Assembly: GCA_030614005.1 (NCBI GenBank)
Contig: JAUWKS010000001.1
Span: forward strand, 141,056 to 173,055
DNA from: Candidatus Heimdallarchaeota archaeon
GTDB lineage: Archaea; Asgardarchaeota; Heimdallarchaeia; JABLTI01
DNA length: 32,000 bases
Direction: 5' to 3'
This document shows, piece after piece, positions 16,265-25,200 of this stretch. The position numbers were made by a program, and so were the translations under genes. Numbering within the stretch: the first letter of the stretch is position 1; each line of letters opens with the position of its first letter. The notes below the pieces were generated by a model. It was not told where the DNA came from, did not search any database, and was given only the letters and a program-made list of their open reading frames with translations.

Positions 16265-19200
16265 TCATTTAGGAATGTAACACACAGCAGCAACAAAGTC
16301 GTTATTTTGTGATAACTGAGCTTTTAGCTGTATACCAGACTTACTCTTAGCAAATTGTTTGGTTATTTTATTTGCTTCAGCGGGCAATTTAGTAGGATCA
16401 ACTTGAACGGTAATACTTTTGTTTTGTAATTCAACGACCTCTAAATCGTGAAGATCAATATTCAACCCGATACCCAAAACTTTTGAGGCTGCTTCTTTCG
16501 CAGCCCAAATTCTAGTAAGAAAGTCATCAGCAACATCTTTATTCTGAATTTTAAGAAATGATTGCTCTTGTGGACCTAACAATTCATCAGTGAGTGAGCT
16601 ATCTCTTGGCTCGATTATTTCCAAATCAATACCAATATTGAATGTTGAGCTAACTAATGCAACAGCATAACCATTGCTATGAGTTATCGAAACAAAGGTT
16701 TTCTTCTTACCTTTGTTTGTGACTGCGATTGGTTTTCCAAGATTACTTTTCTCAATCAAAATATCTTTATTTTCCAGTTTTGGCATGAGATTTCGGAGTG
16801 CCGTTTTTGCTGCAATCACTCCTGCTAACCATTCGGTTTTGCGTTTCTCAACTTTTATGGAATGATATTTTTCAAGCTCATCTGTTTGTAGATTGCTCGT
16901 TAAGTATTCAGAGTCGGATTTCAATTGCTCGTTGATCTGCTTTACACTAACTGCTTCAAGTGAAGAATCTTTAGGAACAGTAAATAATTGCTTTACTTGT
17001 TTCAATCGAATATTCTCAACAATTTCAAGACTTGCTGCTAAAGGTATTTTTACTGTGTTGTAATCTTCTGCTTTAAGGATTACTTCTCCAGTTTTTGTCA
17101 GCACCTCAAAATCATAAGTAGATCCAAAATCATTTTCACCTTTCTTGACACCACGTATTATTTCAGGTTCTCCAGCAACATCAAAGTAAGTAAGTTGTTT
17201 GACAGAATAAGGAAGACCAAGTCGGTCATCTTTTATTATATCTAAAAGACCCATCGCTTGGAATGCTGCTTCAATTGCTAATGGATTAGCAATTAATTCT
17301 TTAATATCCCAACTAAACTGATTATTTATTGGGATAGAACCAGCACCAATGATTTCTTTGTCAATGGTATTTATTGAGTGAAGTACTTGGAATAATGAAC
17401 CATGTGGAAGAATCTTATAGATGTCTCCTTTATTGATTAATTGTTTCTTGGTTAATTTTACCATTGATTTTTCCGCAACTTTTCGTGGACCAAAGACAAC
17501 AGTACCTTTGAAATGAAGTTTAGTATCACCTAGTTTCTTTCCATCTTTTATGAAATCAGATTCAATACGAACTTCTGGTGTTTTGCCATAAGATATTCGA
17601 GCTTTAAGTGCTCGTGGGTTATCTTTGAGAAATTTGATTGCAGAGTTGAACTCAATATTGTCAAAACCACTTAGCACTTTCTTTGGATAAGCAAGCTTTG
17701 CTAATTCGGCAAACAATTCTATACCCATTACTCCAGGTAGAAATGGAACAGCATCAAATCGATGGTGATTTAGATAGAGGTCAGTTGTAAGTGAGAAATC
17801 TCGTTCTGTTGAAATAGATCCGTCGAAGTTTCGTTTAATACTACCAATCATTGGATATACTTTGTGATCAACAAGAACTGCCGGTAATGGTGATTCTAGT
17901 AGAACACCTAATTTTCCAGCGATAACAACCTCAGCATCTTGTCCGGATTCAAGTTCATTGATGAAGGCATTTATTCCCTCATTCACTTGAATTGGGGTAA
18001 CTCCGGCATATTCCAGAATAGTCATTATTGAACCTCTGGTTGCCATTCCCACATCTGCCCAAGCAGACCAACAGATAGAAGTTGCACGAATGCCTTTTGC
18101 TCTTAAATTCCAGCAACTCTTTGAGAGATAATCATTCGCTGCAGAATAATCTACTTGTCCGCCATTTCCATATCGTCCGGCAACAGAAGAGAAACATATG
18201 ATGAATTGAATTTTCTTCAAATCAATATTGTTGATTAAATTATCATATCCAATTGCTTTAACGTCATAGACTCGATTAAAATCAACAAGCTCTTTATCAG
18301 CAATGAATTTAGATACTTCCAATCCAGCACCGTGAACAATACCTGTTATTGAGGTTTTGAAGTCTGAAACAACTTTTAGTAAAGTTTTTTCCATTTTCTC
18401 AGTATTAACAACATCTACAGAATAATACTTCGTTTTTGAACCCAAGGAAACAAGTTCTTGTACTCCTTTCTGGATGGCAATAGCTTTAGCTGTTTTTGAC
18501 CAAGCTTTCTCGATTTTAACTGGAGTAACTTTATCATCTGTTTCTTTCATTTTGGCAATCATAGTGTTTTTGAGTTCAGTTAAACCAGCTTCATCAAGTG
18601 CAAGTAGTTCTTTAATATTCTTTGGAATTTTCGTTCGACCAAATAATGCCAATTGTGCTTGATATTTTTCGGCAATTTTCTTAGTGATTTCAAAGGTTAT
18701 TCCTTGAGCACCACCAGTAATGACTATTAAATCATCTTTAGTTGGTTCGTATTTCTCTGATGCTTCTACCAATTCCTCAACAGTTGTAATGAAGATTTGA
18801 CGTTTTCCAGCAGAATTGTATACTACTTCTACTGAACCATCTCCAGAGCATAATTCATCAATCGCTAGTTTTGGCTTTTGACAGCTAACAAATTTAACAG
18901 TACCACCAACAAACTCTCGAGCAAGTGCTTTCGTAAAACCTGTCAAAGAGCCAACAATTGGATTGGCTTTTGCTTGCTTCCAACCAAGATTTTCAAATTG
19001 GTTATCTATAGCTAAAACAATTGGTTTCTTACTAAAGAACAAATACCGACTGCAAACGAAAAAGCTTCGAGCAACGAAATCGTGTTTAGTTTTATCATTT
19101 GTTTTTGGAGCGATGAAAACCATACCATCAACTTGCTGTTCTGGCAATGCTGCTTGAAGCTTATCAAGTGATTTCATTGACTTGAGATGGATTGTTTTCA

Positions 19201-22200
19201 CAACTTGAGCTTTTTTCTTCTCCAAAATTGCTACAATTTCATTAGTAAATTGGTTATTATCTCCAATAACAATAAATCGCTTTTGTTTGAGATCCAAACC
19301 CTTAGTTTTAATTTGAGAAGGAATCAATTGCAATAACATTCTTTTTGCAGGAACTTTTTCGATTGGCTTCTTTGCTGCTTGACCAGCAACGTGAGCTGAT
19401 TTTTCTCCAGAGCCAATTCGTTCAGAAACATAATGAGCAATCTTAGTAATCGTTGAATAATCTTGAATACGAATTCCTTCTTCTCGAGGCAAATCGAATT
19501 TTGATCGAAGAATACCAAAAATTTCTGCCTGTTTAACAGTATCAATACCAAGGTCTTCTTCAAGTTCCATATCTGCTTCCAACATGTCTGTTGGATAACC
19601 AGTTTTTTCTGAAACAAGATCAATAATTGTTTTAGAAATCTCACTAATAGAAATTGAAGATGTTCCAGTTGCGGCAGTAACTCCTACAGGTGTAGAACCT
19701 ACACCGCCCATTTTTGTTGCAAGATATTCAGCAATTTTATTTACAGAATAATAATCTTGAATTCTAACTCCTTCCTCTCGAGGCAAATTATACTGTGAAC
19801 GCAACATTCCAAATAGTTCTGCTTGTTTAACAGTATCAATACCAAGATCTTCCTCAAGATGCATATCTGCTTCAATCATATCTGCGGGGTAACCTGTCTT
19901 TTCGGAAAGCAAGGAGATAATCATAGTAACAATTTCACTATTAGATGCAGAAACAACAGATGATTTTGGAGCAGTGGTTTGTTTTAAAGCTTTAATTACA
20001 TTGGGGTCTTCAGTCATTCTCAAGGTATTATTAACAATCTCCATAGTTGAGCGACTGCCACCAATAGTTGCTAACCATTGATCATAATCCTTACTGTCAA
20101 ATCGTTCACTAGCTGTATTCAAACGATACAAAACCATAGCTAATTGTGAGCCAAAACCTGCTGAAAAGCGCATAGCATATTTAATATCATATTTTCCACC
20201 CTTAGAAAGATTGAGCACGCCCAATTCAGGGTCTACTTCTTTGAAATTTGCTACTGGAGGAATAATTCCTTTTTGGAGCATCTTAACTGCAACAACATCC
20301 TCAATTCCAGCTCCCATCGCATGACCTGTAAATCCTTTTGTGTTAGCAATAACGACTTTATCTAACGAAGCACCAAAAGTTTTTCGCAGAGCGTCTATTT
20401 CTGCAGAAGCACTGCCACCTCGAGCTGGCGTATAGGTTTCATGACTAACAAAAACTAATTGTTTCGCAATATCATCTCGAGAGATATTGTACTTCTTCTC
20501 AATTTTTGTCATGAAATTATTCATTTGAGATGAAATGTGTTCACGATCTAGTCGCGTTCCATGGAATGCTGAATTTACGAGATGCGTACCCATCAAATCA
20601 ACAATTGGTTTTACTCCTCTTTCATTCATTGCAGATTCTGATTCCAAAACAATGCCAACCGCTCCCATACCAACGATCATTCCGTGTCTTCTGTTATCGA
20701 AAGGCAAAGCAGCTTCTTCCACTATTTCAGAAGTTGTTGCTGCTCCAACTGCTAGGAATCCCGCTCCAAACCACTGGAACGTTTCATCACTTGTTATATC
20801 ATCTGCGGCTATTACAATTACTCTTTTGCACCGACCATTTCGAATCCAATCTTCAGCGATACCAATAGCTAGTGTAGTTGAAGAGCAAGCAGCGTTTACT
20901 TGTGTATTTGGTCCTCGTGCGCGAATAAATTGAGCAAATTGAGAATGGCCCATTGAAAGAACTTCGAATAAGAACTTACGACTGAAAATGTATTTCGAGT
21001 TTTTATCACCATCAAGTGCGACTTTATTCTTTTCAAACCATATCTTCACTTTTTCTCTGGAAGCTTTATTTGAGATTTGTTGAATTAATTCATCAAAAAG
21101 TAGAATAGTTTCTTCCTTGTGCTTTGATGCATATTTATCTGCTAGAGATTGAGAAACAATTGAAATTAGATTGTTACTTACAGGAAAAGCAGAAGCGAAA
21201 ATAATGCCGGTCTCATCTCTCATTGACTCTGGTAATACCCAACCTTTTGAGATTTCTTTTCCAACAGATGTTTTAATTTTCAAGGGCATTAAAGGAATAC
21301 CAGCATCTCTAAGTGCTTCAATTCCTGCTGCTAATGCTAATTGAAATGTTATATCAAAAATTTCAGTAAATTCGGCTTGCACGCCATAGTCTTTTGTAAG
21401 ATCAAACTCTCCTTTTTGAGCTGCAAGTTTAATGACTTCACTTACATCAGTTATCGATTGGAATTGTGCCCCTTTAACAGCATCTTTCACTAATCGGACA
21501 ATATTCTTTTCAACGATCTTTTCTCTCAGCTGAGAGGAAGTTTTTTCTATGAAATTCATACCGGAAAGAATTGCATCGAAATTAGAATCATCGAATACCT
21601 TACGATTTTTACCAGGTAACCCGATTGCTATACCAGTTACTCCTACGGCATCTGTATTAATATTCAGTCTGTCTATTTCTTTTTTAGTCTCTAATGCCTT
21701 TGCGATTATATTCTGGTATGTATCATAACCTACTTTAAGAAATGCATTGATAGCTGGCGCTTGTAATTTTAAGTACTCACTAAAGTCATCATTTTTAGTT
21801 ATCGTTGCTAAATCACCAAAAGCTAACACATCAAATGGAGATTCTTTTGTAATGACTTTAGTCTTACCGATAGAAGGAGCAATTGATGTAATTGGTACTG
21901 CTTTCTTTTTGTAGAATCTCTTTGTCGGATTTCTAAACTCTTCACTATAGATCGAATCATCTTTGTTAGGAATTTTTAAAGGATAACCAAAAGCACCGAG
22001 AGCAGCAAGCACTTCATTGAGATGTTGCATAGCTCCTCTCTTGGGATGGTTTGATGCTAGAGCAACAAAATCTTTCTTACCTTCAAGAATAGATTTAGCA
22101 AAACTTGTTAGAACATATTTGGGACCAATTTCAATGAATGTCCGTACTCCGTATTCCTCATACATATTTTTAATCTGCTTCATCCATTCGACAGGAGAAT

Positions 22201-25200
22201 AAACTTGTTTACAGAGTAGATCAATAATTTCTTGCCTTGTTTTTGGATAAATTCCTCCAGTTACATTGCTCGAAAGAGCAATTGTAGGTTTGCTATATGT
22301 AAGCTTCTCTAGTGATTCTCTTAGGAATTTCTCAGCAGGAGCAACAATTTCTGAATGAAATGCTGCAGAAACGGGTAAAGGAATTGCGGTTATGCCTTTT
22401 TCAATGAATATCTTGATTGCTTCAGTTATTGCAGGAGATGCTCCTGAGATTACAGTTTGACTTGGAGTGTTTTTATTTGCAGCTATTGCATAACCTTTGA
22501 CCTTTTTCAAAACGTCATCAACTGTTTGAGGACCCGCACTTACTGAAGCCATCATACCATTATCATCAGAATCAAAAAGAGACATCGCTTTGCCTCTAGG
22601 GATAACAGCCATTAAGCCATCTTTGAAGCTAACAATTCCAGATGCCACAAGTGCAGCATATTCACCTAGACTATGACCTGCAACAAAATCTGGTTTTATA
22701 CCAAACGAACGCAATAATCGATATATTCCAATATTGACAGCAAATATTGCTGGTTGAGTCACTTCAGTTTTTCTCAATAATGCTTTTGACTCGGCATCAT
22801 CTTTTCCTATAGCAAAGATTATTTCTGTTAGGGAAAATCCAAGCTCAGCTTGAGTTACTTCATCAGCTTCTTTGAAAACTTCTTTTACAATATCATACTT
22901 GTCCCAGAGCTCTTTACCCATACGAACGTATTGGCTACCTTGTCCTGGAAACATAAAAGCGATTTTTCCGAGTGTATGATCTTCACCATAGAATATTCCT
23001 TTATTTCTTAGTATCAATCTCTTAGCTTTATCTTGTTGTCCAGATATTGCTGAATCAATTAAAGAGGGTAAATCATCCAGTGATTTAGATACAATACCTA
23101 TTCGTTTCTTCTGAGAGAGAGCACCCATTGTTTCTTGACTAATATCATGTATACGACTTCCTGTTCCATTCTTATCAAAAGTACTCTTTGGTATTTTTGT
23201 TTTGAATGCTTCCAAATTTTTAAGTAAAGCAACATCAGAAGCACCTCCAATAAAGAGGGGTTCAGTTTCTAATACAATATTTTTATCGTAATAATCCTTC
23301 CAAGAGGATTCATCAAAAACAGTGGTAAAACCTTGTGCATCAGCTGATTGAGAAGTCATTTGACTGATACGTCTAGTTAATGATTCTAATTCTTCTTTTG
23401 ATAATAATTTTGGCAAATGGCCAATAGTTTCTCCAGGAATATATTCTTCCATAATAGCATGATAATTTGTTCCACCAAAACCAAAAGAAGAAATTCCTGC
23501 GATTCGATGTCCAGATGTTGGTTGAGGCCAATCCTTTGTTTCTGTAATAACATAAAATGGGGAAGTATCCCAAGCAACTTTTGGATTTGGTATTTCAAAA
23601 TTGGCTGTTGGGGTGAATTTCTTATGATAAATTGCAAGTGCAGTTTTGATTATCGAGGCAATACCAGCAGCACTTTTTAGATGACCAATTTGACTTTTAA
23701 CGGAGCTGATGACTATTGATGCTTTCGGAGAATTTTCTGCCATCTCATTCAAAACAGCCATTTCAACTACATCACCTACACCAGTAGCAGTTCCATGAGC
23801 TTCTAAAAATTGTATATCAGAGAAGGATACACCCGCTTGATCAAATGCTCTTTGAATTGCTAATTGTTGTCCAATGGGGTTTGGTGCAGTAATGCCTTTA
23901 CCTTTTCCATCACTAGCAGCACCTAATCCTCTAATAACAGCATAAATTCTATCACCATCTCTTTCTGCATCAGAAAGACGTTTAAGAACAACAAAACCTG
24001 ATCCTTCACCCATAACAAAGCCATTTGCCCTTGCATCAAATGGATATGAACCTTCAGCAGAAATCGCACCAATTTTGGCAAATTTAACAAAAATGGATGG
24101 GTCTAATGAACAATCTGATCCTCCACAAAGAACCGTATCATATTCATTATCTAGTAATCCTTTAACTGAAACACTCAAAGCAGCTAAACTTGATGCACAT
24201 GCAGCATCACAAGTCATATTCTTGCCGCGAAGATTAAAAACATTAGCAATTCGTCCAGCAATAACATTAGATAATTCTCCTGGCATCGAATCTTCATTTA
24301 TTGCCATTAATTCCTTATCATAAATTGTTTTTAATTCTTCTTTGACTTTCCTCCAAACATCTTCCTTAATATCACTGAAAGAAGCGCATTTTTCGAAAGA
24401 TCGATATGACTCTGCTAGAAAGATTCTTCGATTGTAATCGACTCGAATTGAACCACCCATACTATTTCCAACGATAGTTGCAGTTCGAGAATTATCTTTA
24501 TCCAAAATATTAGCATCAATTAGTGCTTCTCTAGCAGCTACTAAAGCAAATTGTTGAACGCGATCAATCTTCTGAGCAACTTTTGGAGGAATTTTAAATT
24601 CCAATGAGTTAAATTTGAAATCATCAATTGTTGCAGCAATTTTTGCGTAAGTTTTATCGGGTTCAAAAGGGTCAGGAGAATAATAGAGACTATGGTCATT
24701 AGACCATCTTTCTTTTGGTATTTCTTTTATTGAATAAACTCCAGAAATGATATTTTGCCAATATTGGTCAATGTTCAATGCATCTGGAAAAACTCCACCC
24801 AAACCAATAATTGCAACACCTTCACCTTGAAGAATATCATCGGGTATTGGAGTCAATTCTTGAACAATTTGAGGTTCTACTGCTTTGCTAAATTCTTCTT
24901 TTGATTCGAATTGTTCAGCAAAACTTTTTGCTTTGGTACTAACAACTTTTTTTGACTCTTCGATTAATTCCATATGAAGATCCTTAACAGTACGAATGCT
25001 TCGCAAACTACCAACAATTTGGCCAATCATATAATTTCCTTTTTCATATTGACCCTTCTCATCAATTGGCATAAACCTATTTGGTTTATCGTCTTCCCCA
25101 TCTGGGTTCCAAATTTCTCCTAATGCAGCAATACGTGTAGATCCTAGATTGTCTCTTTCGAATTGGTGTTTACGATCTTTAAGGCTCATACCTTCCTTTA

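Noticed and set aside
19424-19933. 294-nt offset direct repeat considered as a mobile element or CRISPR-like repeat
   Set aside because: It is fully explained by the in-frame tandem ACP duplication.
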